From the human T2T-CHM13v2.0 reference genome, Homo sapiens, in the NCBI RefSeq assembly GCF_009914755.1, contig NC_060925.1: a stretch of 64,000 nt of DNA; one strand, given 5' to 3'. The position numbers and the translations under genes were made by a program. A model generated the notes under the pieces. That model had not been told where the DNA came from. It made no database searches and worked only from the letters and a program-made list of their open reading frames with translations. Shown here piece after piece: positions 12,831 through 27,364 of the stretch (its first letter is position 1; every line of letters starts with the position of its first letter).

Positions 12831-13854
12831 CTCAGGTTTTCTTGATGTTAGAGCTCCAGATGACACAGTCTCTGTCAATTCAATGCGTTTAGGAGCGATC
12901 TGGCAGGTAGAAGTGAGGAGGCCAGTTTCTTGATGCTTGGGTTATTTCTGCTGACAAGCAGGGTGGTGGGCAAGCTGCTCTTAGGGCAAGTGGAGGCATC
13001 ATAGTGTCCAGTCACTAGCAACACAGGACTGAGAAGCTGCATGGCTGCAGCAGCCTCTTGAGTCTCTACTCCCCACTGGGCACCCGTGGGCAGTTCTGCA
13101 GTGGTGTCTTGGAGTTGTTCCCAGGGACTGTATCGTGGGCCTGCTCCTCCAGCCCCTTCCAATGATTGTACAAGCACCTAATTCTCTTTATTGAAGCTCA
13201 TTCTGCTAACTTTGCCAAGATCACCTTCTGTTTGCTGTGACTGAACCTTGGCTGATTCACAATTGTTAAATCTGTTGCTTTGTAAACTGCAAATAACTTA
13301 TAAATATTAGCTATTATTTGGATTATTACCATGCCATCATTGCTGGACATCCCAAACTCTAAAACTTGAAGGGAGGAAGGAGTTAAGACATAAAATTCTT
13401 TCTCTTTCTCCCCAAAGTTGCAGGTTATGAGGCCAGGGTGCTTGAACCTGCGGTCAGCTGCAAGTGCTGCCCTGGTCCGGCATAGTTATGAGAGCAAAGA
13501 GCAAAAGAGAACATGTTGCTGGCTTACAGGCAAGGCAAATGAGAGGGAGAGATGAGGAGGGGCTGCACAGAGAGGTGGGAAATGTGGTTTCGGGTAGGGA
13601 AGACAGAGTGTCTAGAGCTTTACAAAGAGAAGTTTACATAGGTTCACAATCAGCAGAATGAGAAAGAATGAGAACACCTCTCTCTGAAAACCTCAACAGA
13701 GCTCATTCTGTAAAAACAGCAGGCTTTCAGATTTGGAAATCCTTTTGAGGTCCCTATCTGGTGTCTTTCATTAGTTGATTTTATCTGCCATCCAGGGTAC
13801 ATGTCCCTGAATAATAATAATAAAGATAATAAGTTATAATGATTAATTTTGACA

Positions 13855-14080
13855 ATTACCACCATTTACTGAGTGCTGAGTCTGTGCCAGGTAAGTAAAT
13901 TCCATGCAGCATTGCATTTAAGTCTGTCAACAACTCTAAGAGATGAATCCTATTATTTCTGTTTGACAGATGAAGCAGAGAGAGGTTAAAAAATTCTTGC
14001 CCAAGATCACACAGATTTACATGGCAGAGACTCAGGGCTACCTGGCTCTCAAGATCATGGTCTTACTTACCACCCTTTGT
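13855..14080 (-). mobile_element. MIR
   Basis: Contains catttactgagtgctgagtctgtgccagg...cagatgaagcagagagaggttaa...gcccaagatcacacag. Confidence 0.7.
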
Positions 14081-14439
14081 TGCCTGCCTCTGAACAGCAA
14101 GAATACAAGGAAGGGGCTGGGAGAAAGGAGAGGCCAAGTATCAGCCAGAAGCACTGAATACAGAAGACATGGCCTCCATTCAGGGGTTGCTGTTATTCAG
14201 ACAGGTTATCCCCATAGCAAATCAGCAGGAAGCGTGAAGGCAAGTGGCTTTGACAGAAGACCCAAGCGAAGGAGAATCAATTGTTCTTATTTCTAAGAAC
14301 AACTGCCCCAGATTCTACATAGGAATATTGCTAAAGACACAAGATGATTCTCCTGTGCCCAAGAGAAGTTGGCAAGGATCCATGAGAATGAGCCAATCCT
14401 CGGCAATAAATCCAGAGGAGAGTGAGCTGCAGAGCCTGG

Positions 14440-14580
14440 GCAGCGAGTTCCTCACTTCACTGTGTGTCTAGAACACCTGGGGCACTTGTTTAAGAAAGTC
14501 TGATTCAGTAGGGCTGGAGAAGGGCCCACAGATCTGTATTCAAAGGCCTCCTAGATGATTCTGATATAGGTCCTCTGAAG
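14440..14580. mobile_element. MER5-like hAT MITE fragment
   Basis: Contains tctgattcagtagggctggagaagggcccacagatctgtatt...gatgattctgat. Confidence 0.55.
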
Positions 14581-14660
14581 AAATGGCTTATGGTATGATC
14601 AGAGTCTCCGCCTCTTGATCCTCCCCATGTTTATTCCTGCCTGGGGATTAAAAAATGTCA

Positions 14661-14997
<337 letters not shown>

Positions 14998-15289
14998 TTA
15001 AGTTTTCAAAGCTCTGAATAAGCAAAAATTCTAACTTCTTTTAATTACCTTAACCTACAGGATTAAGTGTTCTTCAGACTGAAATTTTTCTTACCATTTA
15101 ACATACTTCTTTGCTACAAAAGCCTGAGTTTGTTAACAGCCATTGCTTTCTGAAAAGCATCTCCTCCCTGGCATCAGTGATGCTAGACTCTCCTGTTCTT
15201 GCCCTGTCCAGTGATATTCCTTTGGTACAGCTCTCGCTCCTTCTCCTGAGTAGGTATTCTCAGGGGCTGGAACTCTAGCACAGTGAACA

Positions 15290-15490
15290 TGTGCTTTTAT
15301 AGCCAGATAAATTCAAATCCCGGCTCATCACTTATTACGCTAAGTTGCTGTACTTCTCTGGGCCTCATTCGCTCATTTGTAAAATGGGAAGGAATAACAA
15401 TAGTACTTACCTTAAAGAGTTGTTACAGGATGAACTGAGAGAGCACATATGAGTTGCTCAGCACGTGCCTGACATGCACTGGTCCTCAGG
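15290..15490 (+). mobile_element. MIR
   Basis: Contains ttcaaatcccggctc...tctctgggcctcattcgctcatttgtaaaatggg. Confidence 0.7.
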
Positions 15491-15749
15491 AAAGGCAGAT
15501 GATGCTCTCTCCACCCTATGACTTCAGCTATGACCAACCCACTTCACATGCAGCCCTGACCCTTCACCTGAATTCCAATGTGTAAATGACAGCCTGTTTA
15601 ATTTTAAGCTTGAATGGTCCACAGTTGCTTCAAACACAACACAGGTAAAACCCAATGAAACACCACCGTCTACCCTCAACCTGACCACCACTGTCCTGGT
15701 CACAGAGGCCTCCTTTTGCTTCTGCCCTCTTTCTAACTCCTCAGACCAT

Positions 15750-15982
15750 CTTTGTCCTATAAAAATGTGAGCCACGTATGTGATTTAAAATTCTTTAGTA
15801 GCCATATTAAAAAAAAAAAGTGAAATTAATTTTATTTAGCCCAATATGAAAAAACTGATATGTAATCATTGTAAATATTATTGAAATGTTTTTTGTACTA
15901 AACCTATGAGACCTGATAAATATTCTATACTTGCAGCACATCTCAATTTGGACATGATAGTGGCTGCCTTACTAGACAGTGT
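15750..15982. mobile_element. MER33-like hAT MITE
   Basis: Contains gtgagccacgtatgtgatttaaaattctttagtagccatattaaaa...gcacatctcaatttggac...gtggctgccttactagacag. Confidence 0.65.
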
Positions 15983-16329
15983 GACCTGAAACTCTGGACT
16001 CTGAAAATCTTAAATTCTCCACTTTGACAACCCACCCCCACCCCCAACCCATTTTAACTTTCCCCATTCTCCTGTCTTCTATTTTACCTGAGTCTTGGCT
16101 CTCTGCAGCTCAGGTCAGGGCTACCGCCTGAGCCTTGTAACAGCACTCCTGCCCCTAATCCTTCTTCAATCTGATCTACCCTGACCACTATGCTCAGATA
16201 TAGTACCCCTTTCAGTTTGGTCCTCTCTGGCTTTCCCAGGAACCCCCAGGAAAAGTCCAAAGGGCTTGGCTTCACACTCAAGATCCTCTCTAATGTTTTT
16301 GCCACCATAATAAAAATCCTAATAATAAA

Positions 16330-16570
16330 GCAGCTAATTTCTACACAGAGCTTACTATATGCCCATCAATGTCAATACATTATCCTACTGAATCCTCAAA
16401 TGGCCCTGTGAGGTAAGCTCTATTTTCATGCCCATTTTACAAACGAAGAAACTGAGGCACAGAGAGGTTAAATATGTGTCTTGTGTCAAACAGCTAGCAA
16501 GCTGCTTGGTTGGGATTTGAGACCAGGCAGGCTGATTCCAGAGGCCCGGTGCAGAACCTCTATTGCTATA
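16330..16570 (-). mobile_element. MIR
   Basis: Core cccattttacaaacgaagaaactgaggcacagagaggttaa. Confidence 0.8.
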
Positions 16571-17064
16571 CTGTCATAGTATCAGGGGAGTGTTACCCCA
16601 TTTCCTGGCTTCATGGGCTGTGTTTAAAGTCTCACCTGCGAGCCTCCACTCCAATTCTCTGTCTTCTTCTCTTGACCTATTTAAATTCTCCTTTTGTAGG
16701 CCCTAGTTCACATCACCTCTTCCAAGGACGGTCTGTCTCCCTAATTAATTTTGTTTATAGTAATTAATTCCCTTCATGAATTCCTGCTACATGCTTACAT
16801 CTTATGGGTTCAAGGATTCCTGAGGGTGGGTCATGAATGCAAAAGGTGGGCATGGGGAGTTGTGCACTAATGCCCTAAAACTGTATGCAAAATCTGGTGT
16901 GTGTGCTTATGTTTTGCTTTTTTTTGTTTTCCGAAGGACAAGATTTATAGCCACCGTCAAGCTTTCAAAAAGGTCTATAACACCATTTATTTCAATGGTT
17001 AATTGTATGTTATTTAGTGCCTACTGTGTATAAATATTGTCTTCCCACTGTTGGCTTGGTAATA

Positions 17065-17290
17065 ATATAGCAACTACACTTATTCATTACTATATGCCAG
17101 CTACTGTGTCAAGTACTCTGTGCAGATACTAATTCATTTGATATTTTCTGCAACTATAGGAGGTTGGGTTTATCATACCTACTGAGATCAAAAGCTCAGG
17201 ACAGTTGCATAATTTGCCCAAGATCATACAGCTATTACATGGCAGAAAGAGGATTTCAACCCAGATATCTGACTTTAAAGCCATGCCCTA
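17065..17290 (-). mobile_element. MIR
   Basis: Contains tactatatgccagctactgtgtcaag...tttgcccaagatcatacagcta. Confidence 0.65.
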
Positions 17291-18775
17291 AGCAGACAGC
17301 TGAGTTATCCCATGCCATCTTCTCTCATATTGACTAATGTGGAGAATGAGGCCTCAATTAAAACTGGATTAGATTAAGACATGCGATGTAGCAACCAACA
17401 CATCAGCCAGCCTGAGTCTCGCACCCTGGGTGTTTGCGTGCCCAGTGTTTGTTTTCTTAGAAACAGGATACACCTTGCTGCTCCTTCCTACAAGTATCCC
17501 GTGAAATACTGACTGTTCTGAGCCCACAGATGCTCACTTGCTTGGTGGCCTGCACAGCTCTGAGAAGCCTGGGTGGAGCTTCTGATGTTTCCATGCATTT
17601 GATTAGGGCCAGTTGCTGGTGCTCTGAACTTTCACCTCCAGCATGAGATGGCCACTTGTGTGGCACCAAGATTCCAAGGGACCATGCACACTCATCCTGT
17701 GCCCCAAATAAGTTTTCAGCTGGTGAAGGCGGGCCCATGGGGAGTAGCCCTCGGATGGGGACCCATGAAGGAGTGGAACTTAGCCCCTTCTGTGCTCTGC
17801 TGGACCAGAATCCAGTAACACACAGACATGTGTTTACAGTCAACACTAAGAATGACGTTTACAAACAAGTTTTACTCTCTAACTAGTATAGCAAGACGGC
17901 TGACAAAAGATTTGCTGATATCTGCATGGCTGGCTTAGGAGAGCCAGATATCTCATGTGCTTATCCATAAATGAATAGATGAATGGATAAATTCAGCAAT
18001 TATTTAATATTGAAAACAAAAGCTAACATTTAGAGTGCTTTTTCTGTGCCAGGCACTGTGTTAAGGGCTTTAGATAAAATTATTTTATTTACTCTTCACA
18101 ACATCCCTGATAAAGGCATTACTATTATTCATTAACTAGTTTTCAAATTCTAAAAGAATATATACATGAGCAAATAATTTAAACAGTCTAAAAGGTTATA
18201 CGACAAAAACTAGGTCTCCTGGTACTCCTGGCTTTCCCAGGCAACAACTGTTATCAGCTTTTCCTGTTTCCTTCTGACATCCCATGCATATATAGACATG
18301 ATTATGCTTATATCTGTCTTTAAAAATAGAAATGGGAGCATATTATACACATTGCTCTGAACCTTGTCTTTATTTTGATTAATAATATATTCTTAAGACC
18401 ATGGTAAAGTTAGTTTTATTAACCCATTTTCCAAGTGAAGCTCTCAGAGATACCTAGTTAATAAGCTCCAGGGCTGACATGAAGCCTGGTGCTCCTAGCC
18501 ATCACTCCACACTGCAGGCCTCCTGCATCCCTCAGAAAGCTTCTGAGCCTGCAGAGAGGAAGTGGGAATGATCAGGGAAGCAGAAGAAAAAAATTCCTGC
18601 CCTAAAAGAACTCACTGCTTTTAGGAGCAAACAATACTATATGAAGTGAGAGAATATTTCCAAACAACTTAAGAATATATCCAGGACACAGGTTCACAGT
18701 ACTCCAAGGTGCTAAGCATGTGTGAAGGAAGGAGCCCCAGAGTGGAGTGACTCCAGCAAGGAAGTCCGCTACAGC

Positions 18776-18961
18776 TATGGTTCTAAACGCGTGGTCACAC
18801 CAGCCAGCAGCATGAGCATCGCCTGGGAGCCCCTTAGAAATGCAAATCCACAAAACTCATCCCAGATCTACTGAATCAGAAACTCTGGGAGTGGGCCTGG
18901 CAGTCTGTTTTAACAATCCTTATGAATGATTTTGATGCTCCCTAAAGCTTAAGGACCACCC
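18776..18961. mobile_element. MER5A hAT MITE
   Basis: Contains cagcagcatgagcatcgcctgggagccccttagaaatgcaaat...ctactgaatcagaaactctggg; about 190 bp. Confidence 0.8.
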
Positions 18962-20294
18962 CACTAGAAGGAGGTAATTTCTAGATAGAGCTTTTCAACA
19001 GAAGGATGATCCAGCTATCAAGTAAATTAGCATCAGTCTATTTAAGCCAAGATTGATCCATATTCTTAGCATTATCCTAGGACTAAGCTGAGAATGGGGG
19101 ATACACAGACAGACCCTACATCTTAAGAAGGTTATTCCTGGCAAGGGACATAATATCAATCTGCCTAAGAAAAGAGGCAGAATATTCCAAATTCCCTGGT
19201 TGAGGGCTCTACCTCTTATCTGTGATGAAGTGGTCTGTGGCCCTTTTGATACCTAAACCCAGACAACTTGTAATTCCCTACGTGACCAACTGGGATTCCT
19301 TCCCATCAGCATTCCTGCTCTCTGCTCCCCTGGCTGAGCAGGGCTGGAGGTTGTCTGAAATGGAATCCTTTACCCTGGATATTGCCCACAATGTAGCTAA
19401 TCTACCCCCAGTTCTTGGTGGGCTGACAAAGCAGAAGAATACAGAAAGAACAACAGAGATATTTATGATTCTAGTCTTAAAGCCCTAGCATCTGACCCAC
19501 ATTAAGAAGAGGGCATGCTTTCTAATATTGCTAAGCAAATAGGAGCTCACCCACTTCCTTAGAATGCACTTAAAAAAAAAGAAACCGAAAAGCCCAAACA
19601 CCTGATGGGAGGGTTGAAAATGAGGCAACTGGCACATGGTGCTGCATCCATTTTAGGAGAAGAGAAATTAAATTCCTAGGGAGCCATTCCTCTGTGTTGA
19701 GTTGTGTCAGCTTCTTGAAGGGGCAGGAGAAATGGATTCAGGAGAGAAAAAGGCTGAGAAAGGACAGAGAAGAGTGTGTACAGCTCGCTGACATTTGCAG
19801 TCGCCAGCTGGGGCTGGGCTTCACCAACAAACAATGAATGTGGGCGACTGGGCTGGTGGTTAAAGGGCTTACAACTCCAGCACGATGGACTGAGTCCTGC
19901 ACATAAATAAGGAATGTAAGTGGGTCAGTAAAACATGCCAAAGGCAAGCAGTAGGTGCTTAGAGAAAGGATGGTCAGTGAGGACTTGAGTAGCCAGAAGA
20001 CAGATGGAGGAGAGAGGTCTTAAATGAGTCAATCCTTGAAGGGTAGGAACTTGACAGGTGGGGGTGGGGAGAATTTCAAAACAGTTACTGAGGGGAGTGG
20101 TAGACAGCAGATTAAAGTTAACTTTCTCATGTGGAATGGGAGCCACCAAAGGTTTCTGAGCAGAAAAAGCAGGCATAAGGGAACACTGTGGGGAAAATGA
20201 TTGAGCAACCTCCTATGCAGGGTGGAACAGAAATGGGAGACAGTGAAAGACAAAGTAGACTATTTCCATACAAGGTTCAGGAGCAGGCAACATG

Positions 20295-20480
20295 GTCAGG
20301 GCTTGGGGTCAGATGAAACTGGGTTCAATTGGGATTCTGCCACTTAATGTTGTATAATATTGAACAAATCACTCTCCCTGAGCCCTCAGATTCTCTATCT
20401 GTAAAACAGGATAACAAGAGTGCCTATCTCACAGGACTGTAATGATTAAATAATAAAGAGGCAGCACATAGAAACCACCC
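20295..20480 (+). mobile_element. MIR
   Basis: Contains ctgggttcaattgggattctgccactta...atctgtaaaacaggataa. Confidence 0.65.
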
Positions 20481-21749
20481 AGTGTTCATCTATCTATCAA
20501 ACATCATTATTATTAGGAGTTAGTGCATGAGATTTCAAACAGATGGAAGCAATTACAATGCAAAAAATTTTTTAAAAGCTGGATGTGAGAGCTGTGAAAA
20601 TGTAAGAATGAATAAGACTCCATTCTTGGGGCTGAATGGGAGTGACAGCCCAGAAATGGCTGTTGATTTCCAAGGGGTGCATGAAGAAAAGTGCAGAGGA
20701 TGGCTTTGAGCCTTTCTCACTTGGATGGGGATAGTAGGGCAGTTTCAAAGGAGCAGAGACAGGCTGAGGGAAGCCACCCTGGACAGGGCAACATCCTCAC
20801 AAAAGGTAGGGAAACAGAGGGAGTGTTAGGGAGGAAGGGTAAGTTAATGCTGTATAAATACGTTTAGTTAAAAACATATTATACCAAGAAAACAGAAGAA
20901 TGTACTTCAAGATGTAGCTATTGCCAGGTTGTATGAATTTTAGGGGATTTTTAGTGTTGTTTTCTATGTACTCTGGTAGTTGTGAGTTTTTCATTTTTTG
21001 GAATTAAGAGTTAATATTTATATACCACTTACACTTGCCAAGCATTGTTCTAAGGGCTTTACAGATATTAACTTAATTTTCAAAACAATGCTATGAGGTT
21101 ATTCCCATTGTTCTTCCTAGTTTAGAATTAAGGGAACTGAGGGAGGCAGCCACTTAGAACACGGCCAAGGTCAGAAAGAAGGTTAATGGAGGAGTCAGCA
21201 CTCTAATCCTGGCAGCCTGGCTCCTGATTCTATGCTCTTTAACCACATATGATACTTTTATGATTAAGAAAAGAAAAACACCTAGTAATTGTTATTCACA
21301 AAACCAGGGGGAGGAGTTATTAGTCACTTTACGGGGTAAAAGGAAGTAGAGGGCAAGAACAGCTCACAGATGACTGGGAGTTACTGGGGACTGCTGAGTA
21401 GTTTCCACAGCTTGAAGGGAATGGAGGTCAAATGATAAGGGGCTGAACACAGAACTATTAATTCAGGGACCAGGCAGTGACTACAGAGGAATATTTAGAA
21501 AAATTTGGCAGTGTAGTCAAGACAAGGAATTGTATCGAAACTTTCAGGGGCAGGAGGGTTGTTTCAGAGATGGTTGGCACTGGAGCATTTCCAGAAACAG
21601 AGGAGGAGAGTTGAGAAACTAGGGAGAGTGAAGATGTGCAAAGAGGGTAACTGAGAGGGCAGAAGGGGATGAGCTCAGGACTGCGCTCAGAAATTGGTCA
21701 AAAGAGGAGCTGATAAACCAGAACTGGAGGATACAGTGGTGGAAAAGCA

Positions 21750-22340
<591 letters not shown>

Positions 22341-24304
22341 AAGTCTATAGTCCTAAACATGTCATAACATATTATATGATAATTAACATTATCAGTTATT
22401 TTTATCATTATTTGTCATGAAAGAATGGAAGACATGTTAATTATTATCTACAATTTCCTTCTTTAGATCATGATCTAACAAGTATGTCCAATGTCCACAG
22501 CACAAAGGAAGCAGCTGCCTTTTGAGGGAGCATGGACAGGATTAAAAAAGCCACAATCTGGGCCCTCTGCCCATTTCACACAATGCTCAGGCTCTGGGTC
22601 ACAGACATCCAATTTTTACTTGCCAGGAAGCATCATTCCTTGGAGGTACGCATGAAAAAGGAAAGGCCCAACACTGTGGTGCAGATACTCCTAACTTTGA
22701 CATGCCAAAAAATGCAAAATAGGATACTTAATTTTTCTTTCTTCCCTCATCTCACCTTCTCCCATAACACGCTAGCAAGGAAACATGCCCTCACCACCTT
22801 TTAAACATGTCTGGATTTGAGGAAACATGTCTGTCAAACATGTCTGTACTTTGAAAAAGGTCAAAGTCTGTGGAATTTCTGGGGTGACCAGCAAGGTGAA
22901 CATTTTGTGTTGGCCCTCATGGTTAAAGTACTTGTTTTGAGACTCACAGTATCTAAATGTTTATATATTTTCAAAGGGGAAAGGACTGATGATACAAGAT
23001 GTTCCCAAGTCAACTTCTGACAGTTCTAACTCATTCCCTAAATTGATTAGAATTCTCTCTCTCTAAAAGCAAACTTGATAACAGCTTCTTTTTAAAAGTG
23101 TTACTTGAGGGAAAACATGGGACAGAAATCAAAGCAAGCCATTTAAAGTCCAAACCCAATCAGCAACATCAATACAATTTACATAACATGGCACCCATAC
23201 AGTACGTTTATACTTTAGTTCACTGAGTTTTGTATTTCAGAATGTCTCCAGTTCATCTTAAGGAGTGACATAAAATTTCTCAGAAATATTATTTCAAGTT
23301 CATTAAAATTTTTCTTTAAATAGGTACAGAACTTTTAACATATGTGGTTGAGTCAAACAAAACATGACGGAGCATCACTTACAACAAATGAAAAGATGAC
23401 ACCAATTTAAATACTCATGTTACTATAAACAACTTGCTTGTTAAGTTTTACTCACTCAAATTTAAGAATATCACAAAATGAGAGCATGAAGTGGAATGGA
23501 GTAGGAGGATTCCTGTCTGTAATCCCCCTAAAAGAACTTCCACGGCTAATTTCAGCCTCAGGTTTCTTGGGCCAGACCTATTTGAAATATTCTGCTTCTT
23601 TTGGTATATCAGTAACTGACCAGGCCATGGGTCCCAAGCATTGGCTTTTTAAAACTATAGTCAGCAGACTTTTCACAAATATTGACATCTACTTCACCCA
23701 TGAGAGTCTTTAAGTCGAATCCTCTATCTGATGGTGGGCACCTCATATTATATTGTGCTTTATATCTTCCATATGCAATACACAAAGAATAAGTATGTGC
23801 TGATTTATCATGAGTCACATGGATGGTCTTGGCAGGAAGTGACAGCTTTGTCATTCTTTTTCATAATTCAGGAAACACAGGAACAACATATGCCTTGGGT
23901 TGGGCACAGAGTGAGAACTCAATAAACACTTCATCCAGTGAAATGATGACACAGAAATCTGTGGCAGTGCTTTAGTTGAGTGATAAGGGCTTGAACCCAA
24001 TGTGTGAAAGCCAGAATTTATGAAACAAATGAGATGATGTCACATTACAAAAAGATTCCTCCTAAGACTTTCCCAAATGTATTATCTATTGAATGAAAAG
24101 GTTAAGTCAGAGAAACTAATTGTTTAGCTTTTTTCTAGTTAAATATCAATTAGGAACTGTAATGCACATCTCTAAATCAAAATATAACATTTCTGCACAA
24201 CATCTTGTGTGTTCTGAGTATAACTCTACTTAAGTTCCCAAAGTACATTACTAGTGCATGTGTTCTCATCATTCTTGTACTTGTGAAAGGGAGGGTGATA
24301 TAGA

Positions 24305-24363
24305 CTTTGGTTTTAGGATACCCACTACCTTTGGTTTCAGGCTACCCACTACCTTTGGTTTCA
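24305..24363. repeat. 24-bp tandem repeat, about 2.5 copies
   Basis: ctttggttttaggatacccactac / ctttggtttcaggctacccactac / ctttggtttca. Confidence 0.95.
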
Positions 24364-27300
24364 AAAGCCGCTCCTCTTCTGATGTCTGTTCTTGGTGTAT
24401 TAAGGACAAATACTGGAAATTATACATGTGACCCTGCAAGCTTTGGAAAGAAAGAAGTGCGCCAAGTGCCTCCATTGCTTAAATCTGCCTGTGCAGGTCA
24501 ATTACTTAAAGTGGAGGGAAATAGGGCTGCGTCCAAGGGTAATTCATCTTATGAGTGGCACTGGGCATAATATACACTTTAAAGCAAATCCTAACAGGTA
24601 ATACAACAATATTATGCCTTTTATTTACTTACTTATTTAATTGCAAAGTTAATTAAACTTTTCTAGCACTCAATGGGTCCAGGGATTAAACTCCTGGGAG
24701 AGATCACAGGAGACCAGTATTTAGTTGTCTGTGACCAAATAAGAGTTTCAGAAAGTTGAAGCAAATTCTATACAAAGTCTGTTCTTGGAATGTTTTCACA
24801 AGTGTGTGAGATTCTTTGAAACACTTTTATGCAAAATGTAAGTCAAAATAAATGACATGTGTTTATATTACATGTAGAAATTATAAGATTGATTTTGGTA
24901 GATTGAATAAATACATGCATATAATTCTTATAAACAACCATTACCTGTCAGTGTCAGCATTTACAAATGAGCAGATCCGGCATTCGCATGATCTCTGGAT
25001 GCATGTGCCTTCATGAGCTGGAGGGCTTTATAACTGAAAACGATTCCCAGCTGAATTCTGGGAAAACATACCTATGTGTCCCATGTAGATGCTGCCACAT
25101 CTTTGTATGTCCCTTCTGCCTTTACCCAATGTAGAAATCTGGTATTGTATTTCTAATGTGGTAAGCCTGCTATAATAATAATGCCATCAAAAGATAGCAA
25201 TTTACAAGGCGCTTTCTCATACCATCTATATTAGATAGGGCTAATTAATTACTTAATTTTATTTGCATTTCTACTTGTGGTCTTGCATGAACCTGTTGAA
25301 TTTAGCATGCAAATTTATGTGATAAGTTTTTTTGCAGTTAATTGGAAAAAACAGAACCTTTTGCCTCATTAAGAATCCTGTTTCTTAGTGCCCTATCAGT
25401 TGCTTCTCCTCTTTTTAGTGTATTTTCACTTCTAATAATTCCCTGGACCTTAAACAGAGGAAAATATTGTTTTTCCCCTTTTAAACAGAACCATTTAATG
25501 ACATTTTCTTAGAAGCAGATCATACCTGCACTTAAGAGGTAGGGCAAAATGAAAGACAGAAATCACAAAGCCACCAGAAGATGGATCCCTAACAGGGCTG
25601 CCTTTCAGAATCACCTGGGCAGCTCTTTTCATGCATCCAGGTGCAAGCCTCACCCCGTACCTCCAGAGTCAGAGTATCAGGGTAGGACTTGGCAAAAGTG
25701 CACTCTGGAAAAGCTCTGGATGAGTGTGAGCTGCACTCCTAGTTAAGAGCCATGGGACTAGAACACAGCAGAACTGTCAGTCACAATGCGTGGTCTCCCT
25801 GATTGCTCTGTCTGGTGCCTTGTTCGAGTCACTTCTTTTTCTGGGTCTCAGCTTCCTCGTCCCCAACAAAGGAGAACAACAGAGATATTCTGCACCCCTT
25901 GTTTGCTTCTCTCTGAATAGCCCTCCCTTGCTTGCTCTTCAGAACTACTCAAGCCACCAATTTAAGCTTTTGATACTTATATGTTATCATAATGATCAAT
26001 ACGGGGACTGTAAATGTCACTAGGGTGAACCTTAGAGGTGACACAACAGCTGCATCTAGTGCCTGACAGAAATATGCACACGGGGAAGGGAGACGGGTCA
26101 GCAGTTGGCAGCTTCTGAAGCCCCAGGAGACTTCACAATTGGGGACCAGCTTATGGGAGAGAGGCAGGGCAGGACAGCTTTCTTTACCAAGGGAGCTCTA
26201 AAGCAGAAACACATTCAGGAGAGAAAATAGTGTTAATGAATGTTTCAAGAAAATAGGCCCCCCCACACAGAAACCCCTCCTTTAGCCAGAATGGTTTGGG
26301 GAAGGGTATGACAGCAAGTTTTCTGGTTGAGTTACCATGTGCAAAGGCACCACTGTTGGTAGTTCAAAGAGAAATACACAGAAAACCTGGAACATAAGTG
26401 ACAGTTAAGAGGTACCTCTGTGAAATTTCATGATTCTAGATAATGCTGAAGAACTCTTTGAACAAGTCCATCTTTTGGCACTGATACTGCTACCCTGGAC
26501 TGCTCTCATTTCAGATCCTGGCCCTCCCTTGGGCACGTTCTTCACATTTCTGACAGGTGCTGCCCCATGTTCCGGGCTGACATCTTTCCTGCTCTGAGTG
26601 CTCTCAACTCAGTTGTCCTTGAAGATTTTGCCCGAGTGCATGTTTTTTCCTCACTTTGTCATCTCTCCTCTCATCCACCTCCAAGGGCTTGCAGAGGACT
26701 CTTAGATCTATCTATGGTCCTGGGGACCTGTCTGTGAGACCCCATCCTTTCATCCAGACGGCCTGCCAGGTCCTGGAACTGAAAAAGTCAAAGTGCCCTT
26801 CCTCTACACAGGAGGCCAGTTCTTTGGACTCAGCTTCTCTCTCTTTCTGCTAATAAAATAGCTTTTATTACAGTTATCTAGACTCAAAACTTTAGTTCTG
26901 TTTCTGAGACCACCACCTTTGCCCACTCGCAACCAGAGGTGATTAGCCCTATTGGTTCTATTTTCTAATCAGCACCTCCCTTCCGAGTCCCCTGCATCAA
27001 CCTTTCACTCAGGCCCTCCCTTGATATGTGTTGGGAGATGATGGCAATGGCCTTGGTTTTCTTGGTTTCCCTTGTGCTCTATTCTAAGGCTTTTAATCCA
27101 TCAGACTGTTGGCAAAAGCAAATTAAACAGGTATGAGCCAGCCTGCTCTGTTGGAGGTTGTGTGGGAAAGGGGTGCTCAGAGCACTACTACTAATTGGCT
27201 TTCCATTCTCCCTCCCCAGTGGCAGCCTCCAAGGGGGCTCCGTGGATTCCCAGGGCTTCCTGAGATAATTTGAAATTGCTGCTGCAAGCTACCATAGATA

Positions 27301-27364
27301 CCACAGCCAGATGTATCTTCCTAAAATTCAGCTCTAATGATATTATCCTCCTCAAAAATCAACA

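Larger units (their letters stand above)
12020..13260 (+). mobile_element. Old ERVL-class LTR (LTR41/LTR33-like), split by MLT1B
   Basis: ggggctggaaagtggaaaactacatcttccag precedes the insertion; the element ends ttctgtttgctgtgactgaaccttggctgattcaca. Confidence 0.5.
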
